DNA of 64,000 bases from Prorocentrum cordatum (lineage: Eukaryota): the NCBI GenBank assembly GCA_963575745.1, contig CAUYUJ010000015.1, forward strand, positions 310,001 to 374,000, given 5' to 3'. A program made the translations under genes and the position numbers. The notes below the pieces were generated by a model. It saw only the letters and a program-made list of their open reading frames with translations, was not told where the DNA came from and ran no database searches. Below, piece by piece: positions 1-15,250 of the stretch; within the stretch, counting starts at the first letter, position 1, and each line of letters begins with the position of its first letter.

Positions 1-14
1 ACATTTTCAGCAGG

Positions 15-800
15 GGCAAGAGCACGACGAGGAGGAGGACGAGCAAGACCAGGAGGACGAGGACGAGCAGGAGCAGGACGAGGAGCAGGAGGAGCAGGAG
101 AAGAAGGACGAGCAGGAGGAGGAGGAGGACGAGCAGGAGGAGGAGGACGACCAGGAGGAGGAGGACGACCAGGAAGAGGAGGAGGAGGAGGAGGAGGAGG
201 AGGAGGGGGAGGAGTACCAGGAGGAGGAGGAGGAGGAGGAGGAGGAGGAGGAGGAGGAGGAGGAGGAAGGGAGGAGGAGGAGGAGGAGGACGAGGACGAG
301 GAGGAGGAGGAGGAGGGGGGGGGAGAGTACCAGGAGGAGGAGAACGAGGACCACCAGGAGGAGGAGGAGGAGGAGGAGGAGGAGGAGGAGGAGGAGGAGG
401 ACACCACGAGGAGGAGGACGAGCAAGACGAGGAGGACGAGAACGAGGACGACCAGGAAGAGGAGAGGAGGAGGAGGGGAGGGGGAGGACTACCAGGAGGA
501 GGAGGAGGAGGAGGAGGAGGAAGAGGAGGAGGAGGACGAGGAGGAGGAGGAGGAGGAGGACGAGGAGGAGGAGGGGGGGGGAGAGCACCAGGAGGAGGAG
601 AACGAGGACCACGAGGAGGAGGAGGAGGAGGAGGAGGAGGAGGAGGAGGAGGAGGAGGAGAGGAGGAGAGCACCAGGAGGAGGAGGACGAGCAAGACGAG
701 GAGGACGAGAACGAGGACGAGCAGGAGGAAGAGGAGGAGGAGGAGGAGGAGGAGGAGGAGGAGGAGCAGGAGAAAGAGGAGGAGGAGGAGGGCAGGCTGA
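15..800. repeat. (GAG)n-rich low-complexity tract with GAC/CAG variants
   Basis: Directly visible trinucleotide repeat; the overlapping ORFs are homopolymeric. Confidence 0.95.
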
Positions 801-959
801 GGCTGAGGCTGTGACTGCGACTGCCGTTGCCGCTGCGACTGTCATCGCGAATGCGACTACGACTGCGAGAACAGCAGAATTCGACAACTGGATTTTCATC
901 TGAATCTTAAGGGGAATGCTTTCAGATATGCTTCTACACATCGCTGTTAGGTTGCTTTG

Positions 960-1345
960 CCGGGATAATTGGGGCCTCTTCGGCGGACTCGGACGCACGG
1001 AATACCGAAGAACCGAATGTCCAAAAATTCAATAAAAAACTAAAGGAAAGTGTTGTTTTTTGCACTTGGAGGACCTCTTGGGGGTCTTCTTTGGGTCGTC
1101 TTCGGGCGTCTTGGGGCTGTCTGGAGCCGCGTGGGGCTCTCGCGGGGCCGTTTGGCCGCCCTCCTGACCGCTTTGGGCCCGCTGGCAAGGCCCGGCAGGG
1201 GCGTCCAGGAGGCCCGGAAGGCCCGGGGGACCCATTGCAAGGCGTCCAGGGGGCCCCAAAAGCGCCAGATCCCGGGGGTCCGATTTTCCGGGGGGGGGGG
1301 GGTCCCACCCCCCCGGATTGTAAAAATATAGAAAAGGGAATATAT
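960..1345 (-). repeat. Dispersed GC-rich 'CCCAAGA/TCTTGGG' repeat family copy, inverted relative to the copy at 2890-3620
   Basis: The reverse complement of ~1250-1345 (TTCTATATTTTTACAATCCGG...CGGACCCCCGGGATCTGGCGCTTTTGGGGCCC) aligns with ~2895-2985 (TCCTATATTTTTATAAGCCCGG...CGGACTCCCGGGACCTGGGGCTTTGGGGCCC). Confidence 0.75.
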
Positions 1346-1405
1346 ATGTATGTATGTATATATATATATATAATATATATATATATATGTGTGTGTGTGC
1401 ATATT

Positions 1406-1449
<44 letters not shown>
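1340..1449. repeat. (TA)n/(TG)n microsatellite
   Basis: Directly visible. Confidence 0.95.
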
Positions 1450-1452
<3 letters not shown>

Positions 1453-2841
1453 ATATATATATATATGTGTGGGGGTACGAGGCCGGGGGCCTCTGGCCAG
1501 CTGCCTCGACTCGCCATGGGGAGAACCCCCCCCCCGGGCCTCTCCAGAGCCGCTCCGGGGCGTCTCCCGAGCGGCTCTGGACGGACCCTGGTGACGTTTC
1601 AGCACCAGGAATGGTTCCCATTTTCGACCCATGTCGCCGAAACACGTTGTAGAGGTGTCGGGAGGCCTCCAACATGGCTCCAGACGCTTCCAGGAGCACT
1701 CCCAAGAGAGCCCCGGGAGGCCAAAATTGATGTTTTTCCGAAGGTTTTGGAAGGATGTTGGCCTTCTCTTTTTTGTCGGTTGTACGACGCTCCAAGACGG
1801 CCTAGGAGGTCTCCAGGTCCGCCCCCGAGCAGCCCCAGAGGCCCCCAAGACAAGCCCAAGGCGGCCCCGGAGACCCCAAGGCTGGCCCAAGAAGGGCCCA
1901 AGAGAGGGACCGCGTACCGAACACCCAGGGCTCCCGCCTCAACAGTGAGCCTGGAGGCCCCAGGCAGCCCCCAAGAGTCCTCCAACATGGCTCCAAACGC
2001 TTCCAAGAGCACTCCCACGAGGGCCCCAGTAGGTTAAACATTGATGGTTTTACAATAGTTTTGGAAGGGTTTTGGCCTTCTGATCTTTGCGGCTGTCCGA
2101 CGCTCCTAGGCGGCCCAGGAGGCCTCCGAGACCGCCCCCAAACAGCTCCAGAAGCGCCCAAGGCCGCCCCGAGGCGGTCCCGGAGAGCCCAAGGCTGGCC
2201 CAAGAAGCGCCCAGGGCAGCCCACGAGTGCCCCCAAACAGGCCCGAAAGGTGTCCAAGAGACGGACCGCGTCCGGAAAACCCAGGTCTTCCGCTTCAAGA
2301 GAGCCCCAGGAGGCCCCAGGTAGCTCCCAAGAGGCTTCAAACATGGCTCAAGACGCCTTCAGGAGCACCTCCAAGAGGGTCCCAACAGGCCACAATCGTT
2401 CATTGTACGTAGGAATTGGAGGATTTTGGCCTTCTTATCTTTTCGGCCTTCCGACGCTCCTATAGGGCCCAGCGCGTCTCCAGGTCCGCTCCCAAACAGC
2501 CCTAGGCGGGCCCAGAGAGCCCCAGGGAGCCGGCAAGACCGGCCCTACGCAACCCAAGTGTTCCTCGGCAGGATAGTCCGGGAGGGGGGAAGACCGGAGG
2601 AGCCTCTGGCGCCCCATGCTCTGGGAACGTTCCTCCGGAACATGGCGTGCGAACGTGAGCGGCATGGTCGCCGTCGTCGTCGTCGTCGTCGAAGTCGTCG
2701 TGGTCGCCGTCTTCGGCGCAGCCGTTGAGGCTCGCAGTGCACGCCGCCGTCTTCGTGGTAAGAATCGTCGCGGGCATCGCACCTGAGCGGTGACCTCCAC
2801 TCGAAACCTGAGCGCGCGCGAAGCGCGCGCGATGGTTCTAG
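1450..2841 (+). mobile_element. Non-autonomous Helitron (~1.39 kb)
   Basis: 3' end: perfect hairpin GCGCGCGC-GAA-GCGCGCGC (2812-2830), then CTAG (2838-2841) followed by T. Candidate 5' end A|TCTATATA at 1450 within the TA tract. No TSD. The interior has three diverged ~310-360-bp units (near 1727, 2041, 2402). The 5' end is less certain than the 3' end. Confidence 0.7.
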
Positions 2842-2889
2842 TAGATATTATAGTATTATATATACACATACATATAAACACACACACAC

Positions 2890-3620
2890 ACCTCTTCCTA
2901 TATTTTTATAAGCCCGGGCGGGGGGAAAACCCGTCACCCCCCCCCAAACCGGACTCCCGGGACCTGGGGCTTTGGGGCCCTCCGGACGGGCCTCGAAGCG
3001 GCCACCGGGCCTCGCAAGGCGTTTTGCCAAGCCTTCCCAGCACACTTAGGGCGATCAGGGGGGTCATCGGAGACGTCCCAGAGACCCCCAAGACAGCACA
3101 AGAACGCTCCAAGAGTGACCGACGTGACCTCAAGATGGCCCAAGAGGCCTCCAGGACGGCCCCAAAGAGGCATCCGAGAGCACTCCCAAGAAGGCCCCCC
3201 GAGGCAAAAATCATTGATTTTCAGTGGGTTTTGGGTGAATTTTGGGGTTATCCTCTTTTCGGCTTCCCGACGCTTCAAGACGGCGGTCTTCTGGGCTTCC
3301 GAAGCCGCCTGGGAGGCTTCCAAATCGCCCCACAACCATCCGAAAGGGCTTCCAGGCAGTCCAAGAGAGCCCCAAAACGGCACAACACGGGTCCAAGATG
3401 GCCCTCAGAGAGCCCCATGGCGGCCCAAGCTGGCCCAAAGACACCCTCCGAAGAATTCCAAATCGTGATTCGGTCGTTCAGGGAGACGGCGGTTGGAGGC
3501 CGGGTGGCCCGAGGAAACCCCCGGAGGCTCCCAGAATACGCCCTGGAGGCCTCCAGAAGGCCTTAGTAAAGCCCGAAACAACTGTTGTGAGGACCCTAGA
3601 GGCTCTCCAAGGAGGAGCCT
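2890..3620 (+). repeat. Dispersed GC-rich repeat family copy
   Basis: Shares the 'TTGAT...TTTTGG...CTTTTCGGC..CCGACGCT' unit (~3215) with the element at 1450-2841; related to 960-1345. Confidence 0.7.
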
Positions 3621-3847
3621 CCGCAAAAAATAGCTGAGGAGGATGGGGAGAATGCGCAGACTATGGCGAAAATAAGGAACAGTAAACATGGAGGAAGGAT
3701 AACGAATAACATCATTATAGCGGCGATGCCGGAAAAGGCAACCAGGAGTTATCGTTAAATTGTCGGCTTGACCTTCCTGCCATTCCGCCTGTATACCAAA
3801 CTTCAAGGACCAGGGTGCATGGCGCGAAACGCCATTGCAGTCTTGTG

Positions 3848-3879
<32 letters not shown>

Positions 3880-3902
3880 CATACAAACACATATATATAT
3901 AT

Positions 3903-3934
<32 letters not shown>

Positions 3935-3941
3935 ATATATA
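3848..3941. repeat. (TATACA)n/(TA)n microsatellite
   Basis: Directly visible. Confidence 0.95.
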
Positions 3942-4039
3942 CTGGGCCCCGCAGCGGACATGCTCAAACGTGGCGGTGAACCTCTACACGAGACTGCGCC
4001 GATGCTGTACAATGACACCACCAGTGGGCATGCACCAAG

Positions 4040-5400
4040 TCTGGCTGCTTGGCAAAAAGGTGGCTTCCGCAGAACTACAGGCCTATACCCATGACCCCGC
4101 TACCCTACGAATGATTTACCAGGTTACTCTGCAATCGACGGCTCCTAGTTCTCGTCAGCGAACAGAGTCCTGACCAAGCTGGTTTCAGACCAGGCAGATC
4201 TACGACCGACCGCTCGTTCACCATCGGTATATTGCAGGAGAGAATGGCAGACCCAATTGCGGATAGCCGCCATTGACTTCGGGACGCACTTAGTAGCCGA
4301 AATGTTGATATTTGCTACATCGATCTCCTGAAGAACATGTACCAGGACCAAACGGCCACAGTCCGCATCGATAAATTGGGTAAGCTTTTTCTGTATATGG
4401 TGGTACGAAGCAAGGAGATCCGCTCAGCCCCCTACTGCTCAACAGAAATATGCGGATACAGTGGGAGAAGACAACAGTCTTGAATTGGGATGCGCATGGA
4501 AAATAAACTATTGCACCCGAGTTTTTCTGCTAGTATGCTATTCGCCGCTTGGTCACTACATCAGGTGTCAATGACGATTTCATTAGTTCCCGCCGAGGCC
4601 GCAGCCGTTGGGCTGCAGTTGCGCCCAGACAGTACGAATAGTATGCACAATGCGTCTTGCATATACCAGAGGACCCGGGTGCCCAAACATATCGATCAAT
4701 GGCACGGCGATTGTTGTGTTCGGTGTTCAGGCGCACGCCAAAGATTTGGGTCACAAGTTGTCGCGCTACGGGCCGAACAAGGTTGATATTGAAAGTTGGA
4801 TTGCGTGTGCGTGGCGCACAGTTCATGCTTTCACACAAGAACCAACTGGAACACATTATTCTTGACATGGCCAGCCACGCCTGCTCAGCGGAGTCGTAAC
4901 ACCCACAATTTTGTATGGGTGCGAAGCATGGGCAACGACAGTGAACTTGCATAATCGAACAACACGAACACAACGCCAGACGCTACGTAAGATTATCCAT
5001 TCACCCAGAGGCGCTTCGGAACGTCGACAAGAACCGCCCAGGCCGCCAGAGCGCGCGGACAGCGTGCACAGTACAGCCAGCGGCTCGGGCGTGGCCAGTG
5101 TATTTGCCGAAGCAGACGCGCGGCATCAATGATATGAAGCTGACGCAGTGGATGACGAAACGAATTCGGAATCTTGGGTGGATTGGGTGAACACAAGCAC
5201 GCGCGAGGCAGAACAACATATGAGCAGTCTTGGTATCGACGACTGGACCCAACAACAACGGCACCATGAGCGGGCATGGCTTCAGCATGTGATGCAAGCG
5301 TCTACTTGCGAATGGTTGCACAAGGTGCTGATGCGAAGTCCGTCTGAACATCCAAGGCTGATTCTCCACAGGCGCCAAAGCAGACCAAAACTATGATGGT
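4040..5400 (+). pseudogene. Degenerate non-LTR (LINE) reverse transcriptase
   Basis: Manual translation gives NYRPI...QSPDQAGFRPGRSTTD (~4073-4210), EWQTQLRIAAIDF (~4242-4280) and VTPTILYGCEAW (~4895-4931). These are LINE RT motifs in the correct order, with stops and frameshifts. Confidence 0.85.
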
Positions 5401-5766
5401 TGGACGAAAAAATAATAATAAACGGAACGGTTCCAGCACGGAGCAGAGACAATATTGATTGAGGCCAGTTGCGTTCAAGACGCTACCCCTTTTCCAATGA
5501 CGCTCGCCTGCACCAGCACAAGTTAGAGGGCGATGTTGTAAATTGTAAGTATTGCCCGAACGAGTCCCGGCCTTGCCGTAAAATCGTTTTCCGGGTGATT
5601 CGGCCCCACCCTGCAACGCCTTAGCGGCGTCCCAAGCAAGCTGCAATTCGCGCAGTTCACAGCTCGTTGTAAGCTGTGAGCGATAAGTCTTTCTTCGCTG
5701 CAGTTAGTCCCTGGCTGCAGTTGAGGCAGTCTTTGAGGGGCATGGGGAGCTGCTGCCTCCCAAAAA

Positions 5767-6340
5767 ATGGAGGAGGATAAGGAGGAGGTGAAGGAGCAGG
5801 AGGAGGAGGAGGAGGGGGCGGAGGCGGAGGCGGCGGCGGCGGCGAAGGAGGAGGAGGAGGAGGAGGAGGAGGAGGAGGAGGAGGAGGAAGAGGAAGAGAA
5901 GAGGATGATGATGGTGATGGTGATGATGAGGAGGAGTCGGAAGAAGAAGGAGGAGAAGAAGAAGAGGAGGAGGAGGAGGAGGAAAAGGAGGAGGAGGCGG
6001 AGGCGGCGGCGGAGGCGGAGAAGGCGGAGGAAGCGAAGGAGGAGGAGGAGGAGGAGGAGGAAAGGAAAAGGAAGAGAAGAGGAGTGACAGGAGCAGGAGG
6101 AGGAAAAGTAGTAGTAGGAGGAGGAGGAGAAGGAATAGGAGCGGAGGAGGAGGAGGAGGAGGAGGAGGATGGAGGAGGAGAGAGGAGGAGGAGGAGGAGG
6201 AGGAGGAGGAGGAGGAGCAAGGAGGAGGGAGGAGGAGGCGGAGGAAGAGGAGGAGGAGGAAGAGGACGAGGCGGAGGCGGAGGAGGAGGAGGAGGAGGAG
6301 GAGGAGGAGGAGGAGGAGGAGGAGGAGGAAGAGGACAGGG
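5767..6340. repeat. (GAG)n/(GCG)n low-complexity tract
   Basis: Directly visible. Confidence 0.95.
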
Positions 6341-6599
6341 AAGACGACGGCGCGCCGCCCCGTCCGCCTGTAGTCCGCTCCATGCAAAAGAAAAGACAGG
6401 CCGTCGTTGCAGTGCCGCGGTGTTCCGCCCGCTCCCGCGCCTCCGCCCCTCGTGCTTCCTGCTCCTGGCCTCCCGCTCGCCCCCGGCGCCCCCCTTCCTC
6501 ATCTTCCCTCCTGGGTTCCTCCTCGCCCCCGCCATCCTCACTCAATCATTCCTTGCTCCACATTTCCACTGCTCCTCCTGCTCCTCTTCCTCCTCAACC

Positions 6600-8451
6600 T
6601 CACTCGGTCTTTGTTGGCTACCGTCCCTTTCTGGATCAGATTCATTGGTCGGCTATCCAAGAATTCCTTCGGATGGTCCCTCAGAGTTGGGCCATGTCTG
6701 CGTTGCGCACCTGGGGAAATGGGTGGTTGACCTCTCATCATACTATTCACCCCCATGGGAAGCTCAAGTGCAGATTCGGGTGTCAAAGGCCTGACAGACT
6801 ACAACATTATGCACGGTGCCCGATCCTGTATAATGCGATTTGCCGTGGTATGCAGCGTCCCATGCCTAGACCTCTCGCTGAGCGTTGGTGTCTCACTCTC
6901 CCGCACCCTGATCCTCTTGATAACATGTATGTCATGTACCAGACGTACAATCTTGCGCGCCAGGGCACACTTGTCTCTACGCCAGTGCAGTTGCGTGGAT
7001 ATGTGAATGCTGCGATCCGCTCCCTGAGATTCGCTCGACCCTCCGACCGCTTGCGACGATGGGAGCCCCCACCCGCGGTCCAGGCCTTGCGGCACCTGCA
7101 ACCTCAGGCTGAGGTGCGACCCTCCTCGCCATCCTCGTCGTCAGATGCCAGCATGACCTCTGCCTCCTCTGATCCCCCGTCTGATGGCCCCCATCCTGCT
7201 CCCTGGCCGCTGACGCCCCCTCGTTCCCCGACAGCAGTATCTGGCAGCATTTTGGCTCTTGCCCAGGGTGTGCATTCAGGTGAAGCTGCCCTCCCACACT
7301 CTTACGATCGGCCGTCAGCATGTGGCAACCCGATTGGGCCCTCGGCATCGACCGTGTCAACGTCGCAGCCTTCTCCAACGTCCACGTGCACACCACAGAG
7401 GGCGACTCCTGGATCCTCGATTGCGTGCCCGTCGTCGATTTCGTGCGGAGCTTCGGTGACGCCGCCCTCGCCAATTTCATCGTCGCCTCCAATTTCGTGC
7501 AGGGCTTCGGTGACGCCGACTCCACCAGTGGCGTGGACGACGGGTTGTTCAGCGCCTTCGTCGCCTCCTCTCGACGTTAGATCGCAAGTCCCGATGTCGT
7601 GTTCGGGCTCACCGTCGCCTGTTGTCGGATGCTTCGACTCCCCCCCTGTGGGGCATGGCGTTCGAGCGCAAGTCCCGTTGTCCTGTTCGGGCAGCACGTC
7701 GCCACGTCTCGGATTTGTCGGAAGCGATCTCCACGCTGTTGGCGTTAAAACGCAAGTCCCGATGTCGTGTTCGGGCTCGCCGTCGCCACCTGCGCTTTGC
7801 CGAGGCTCTGGACTGGTGTCCGACGGTGTTAGATCGCAAGTCCCGTTGCCGTGTTCGGGCTCGCCGTCGCCACCTGCTGGTCGGAATCCTGTGACGGCCG
7901 TACCCCCCCACTGGTGGACTTCGATTTCGTTGGCTACTCCGACAGCGCTCTCAGCGACGATTGCCCCGCCGACCTCGGTTGAACAAACTGGTGCCCTCCT
8001 CTGGTGTCCTGCTTTCTCGCCCCCGCCCTCCGATCCGTGGGCCCTGCCGTCGCCTCCTCCTCTGCGCCCGTCACATCGCCCCCCCGCTCCGCCCACGTAC
8101 ATGGCGTCATCGATTGCCACGCCCGTGATTTCTCCTGCTGCCGATCGCCTCCCCAGCACTGTATCCGTCACTGTGCGTCGCAAGTCCAGCTTGCAGATTT
8201 TGTCGACTGTGCCGCGGGGCCTGCTTCCTGCACCCCGCGCGGCGCCCTGGTCGCCCACCAGTCCGTCTCTCCTGAGCGCTGCTCCTGCCTTCGCCTCTGC
8301 TGCTCCCCCCTCGCTACCCCCCCTCCCTGCTCGGATTGAAATAGCGGCCCCTGTCATCGGCGCCGCCGAGCACGAGCTGTGTGTCTTCGAGGCACCGCCG
8401 CCTGCGGCGCCCCGCCCCCGGCCCGACGCGGCAGGTCGGGCCAGAGGGTAG
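6600..8451 (+). pseudogene. 3' fragment of a LINE ORF2: C-terminal Cys/His knuckle followed by a long Ser/Pro-rich tail
   Basis: Within ORF 6169-8451: LRTWGNGWLTS...CRFGC...DRLQHYARCPIL resembles the CCHC module that follows LINE RTs. No RT motifs remain upstream, where the GAG tract lies. Confidence 0.65.
7576..7872 (+). repeat. Four 84-bp in-frame units (28 aa; core V.SQVP.SCSGS.SP)
   Basis: Cores begin at exactly 7576, 7660, 7744 and 7828. Confidence 0.9.
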
Positions 8452-9076
8452 GCCAGTCTGGGACCCTCCTTCTACGCTCTTCTCCTCTTCTTCCTCCTCT
8501 TCCTCTTTCTCCTCCTCCTCGTCGTCCTCCTCCTCCTTCCTCGTCCTCCACCTCCACCTCCTCCCCCTCCTCCTTCTCCTCCTCCTCCTCCTACCCCGGC
8601 CATCCCACCCTCCTCGCGTTTAATTACGCGTTTCTCGGTCTTCCTCCTCCTCCTCCTCCTTCTCCTCCCCCCTTCTTGATACTATTTCTCTTTCTCTTAT
8701 TTCGTTCCATTATTTTTCCCTTCTCCCTCCTTTTCCTCCTGGCCTCTTCCTCCCCCCAACCACCTCAAGCCTCCCCCATTCCCATTTACAACTAGACATT
8801 CTGATTAATGCTCTCTTCCCTCCCCTGACCCTGTCCTGGAGATATCCCGATGGTGTTCCCGCCGCAGCATGGGTTTCGCGTTCGGATCGGCGCTTTTGCC
8901 CCCATCGTTCAGACTGGCGCTTTCGCCCCAGCGCAGGCTACTTTTCTGAATCTGAGTCCTTTTTCAGCGTTGTCGCCACCCTCATGTCCTCTCCTCCGCC
9001 GCCTTCCTCTGGTCCTCCTACTCTTTCCGCCCCTTCTATTCCAGTTCCTGCTGTTGCTGTTCGCCATTCGTCCTCG

Positions 9077-9176
9077 NNNNNNNNNNNNNNNNNNNNNNNN
9101 NNNNNNNNNNNNNNNNNNNNNNNNNNNNNNNNNNNNNNNNNNNNNNNNNNNNNNNNNNNNNNNNNNNNNNNNNNNN
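9077..9176. other. Scaffold gap (100 N), followed by (TGA)n
   Basis: Run of Ns. Confidence 1.
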
Positions 9177-9238
<62 letters not shown>

Positions 9239-9438
9239 GTAATGCTGATGAAACTCGTTTGGGCCGTCTTGGGGCTGTCTTGGCCTCCTGTGAGGCTGTC
9301 TTGGGGGGTCCCTTGGGGCCGTCTTGGGGCCCTCTTACGCCGGCTTGGGGTTCTCTTGGGCCGTTTTGGGGCCCTCTTGGCCGTATGGGCGATGTTTGGG
9401 GACCAGAGTTCGTGTTTACAACGTGTAAAGTTTGTTTA

Positions 9439-13588
<4,150 letters not shown>

Positions 13589-14264
13589 TAAAGCCTCCCC
13601 CTCAGCAGCAGAGCGAGAGGGACCGCTCGGAGTTCTCCTGCGATGGCTGCCCCCGCCGCCCAGCGCGAGAGGTGATCAACATCCAGGGCGTGCGGTATTC
13701 CAAGAACAACAGGTGCGCCCCAGGGGGGATCGACATCGTCGTTCTCCTCCTCCTCCTCCTCCTCCTCCTCCTCCTCCTCCTCCTCCTCCTGCTCCTCCTC
13801 CTCCTCCTCCTCCTCCTCCTCCGCCTGGCGCCGGCGCTGCCGGCATGAGCGTTCGGATCCAGAGATGCCATCGCCCTCTCTCCCCAGGGGGCTTCGCCAC
13901 TGGGCGGGGGTGATCAAACTGGGCTCTCGTTATGCCTGCCAGCGGTGGAGGAGAGGCGAGGCGGTGGAGGGAAGCGAGAAGGGACCGCCCAGGCCCTGGA
14001 GGACCCCCAGAGCCCCCCGGACAGGAGACAGAGAGCTCTGGGGGGGGGACTTCCAGGCCACGGGCCTCGGTCCCTGATACATAGTTTTGGCAGAAGTCGG
14101 TCCCCTATCACCCTCCAGCCTCCTCCACATCCCCCCCCCCCAGCCCCCGTGCCACGGGGGTGGCTGTCCAGCGGGGCGCCAGGGTTCGGCGCTGCTGTGG
14201 CCGTGCCTTGGCGGCCACGGGGCCTGCTCTGCAGCGCAGGCCGCTCGGTGCTTTGGTGGACTTA

Positions 14265-14910
14265 TTGTGAAGGCCTTACGGCCAGTGCCGCCGACCCTGA
14301 AAGACATCGACGACGACCAGGAGGGAGGAGGGGGAGGAGGAGGAGGAGGAGGAGGAGGAGGAGGAGGAGGAGGAGGAGGAGGAGGAGGAGGAGGCGGAGA
14401 TGAGGAGGAGGAGGAGGAGGAGGAGGAGGAGGAGGAGGAGGAGGAAAAGGACTCCGCCCTGGCCCCCCCCTGGCGAGGAGGACCTGAGGAGGACCGGCGT
14501 GGGAGAGGGGAGGGGAGGGGAGGAGGAGGACACCCAGGGACGGATGCGTATCTGTCTCCCTACCCCCCCTGGGACTCCTCCCCATATGGGGAGGAGGACC
14601 TGTGGAGGACCGGCGCGCCGGAGAAGGATCGGCGTGGGAGAGGAGGACCCCCAGATGCGATGCGAATCTGACCGTCCCCCCCCCCGCCCCCCGGGACGAC
14701 CCAACCCCGGCGCGGAAGGTATAAAGGGAAGAGGCTTCGGTTTTACGTTATGAGGACGTGGGTGGAATTTCCTCAAGCTGCGAGCCCGTTCCCCGAACGA
14801 GGACGGTGCTGCCTGTCTCTCTCTCTCTCTCTCTCCCCCCCGACGGGAGAGGAGGATCCCCGTCGACGGGATCGGACAGACACCCCTCACACGCCGACAG
14901 GGTCGGCGGA
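14265..14910 (-). mobile_element. Helitron/Helentron-like mini-element with asymmetric inverted repeats (646 bp)
   Basis: CCGCCGACCCTG (14288-14299) pairs with CAGGGTCGGCGG (14898-14909). Hairpins CGCCGAC-AGG-GTCGGCG (14892-14908) and GGCC-TTAC-GGCC (14272-14283). The termini match those at 24027-24223 and 25138-25319. Confidence 0.8.
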
Positions 14911-15109
14911 TTTTCGGCCTCAGCACTGTCACATGAGGAAGCAGTTCGGCGTGGGTTGGGGCAGTAGCAGCCGCGAGAGGTAGGCAGGGAGGTGCGGGCG
15001 GCCTCATGGGCCTGTTTGTCGGTGGTGGCACGCACCGTAGAGAGGAGGAGGAGGAGGAAGAGGAGGAGGAGGAGGAGGAGGAGGAGGAGGAGGAGGGTCA
15101 GCCACGCAG

Positions 15110-15250
15110 AGGGGGGTGGGGGGAGGGGGGAGGGCTTCTTAGAAGCACCCCTGCTTCATAGAAGGCGCGGGCCTTATCTATAGATGTAAGGCCGGCGCCT
15201 TCTAAGAAGCAGCCTGCTTCTGAGAAGCCCTCCCCCTCCCCCCACCCCCT
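15110..15250. repeat. ~140-bp fold-back palindrome with four nested CTTCnnAGAAG dyads
   Basis: Centre ATCTATAGAT (15176-15185); the arms match out to the GGGGGTGGGG/CCCCACCCCC ends. Confidence 0.9.

Noticed and set aside
5620..5720. Twister ribozyme (GTCCCAAGC loop-like motif)
   Set aside because: The remaining conserved elements are missing or on the opposite strand.
7576..7872. CRISPR array
   Set aside because: The cores are diverged rather than near-identical, lie in frame within an ORF, and there are no cas genes in this eukaryotic context.
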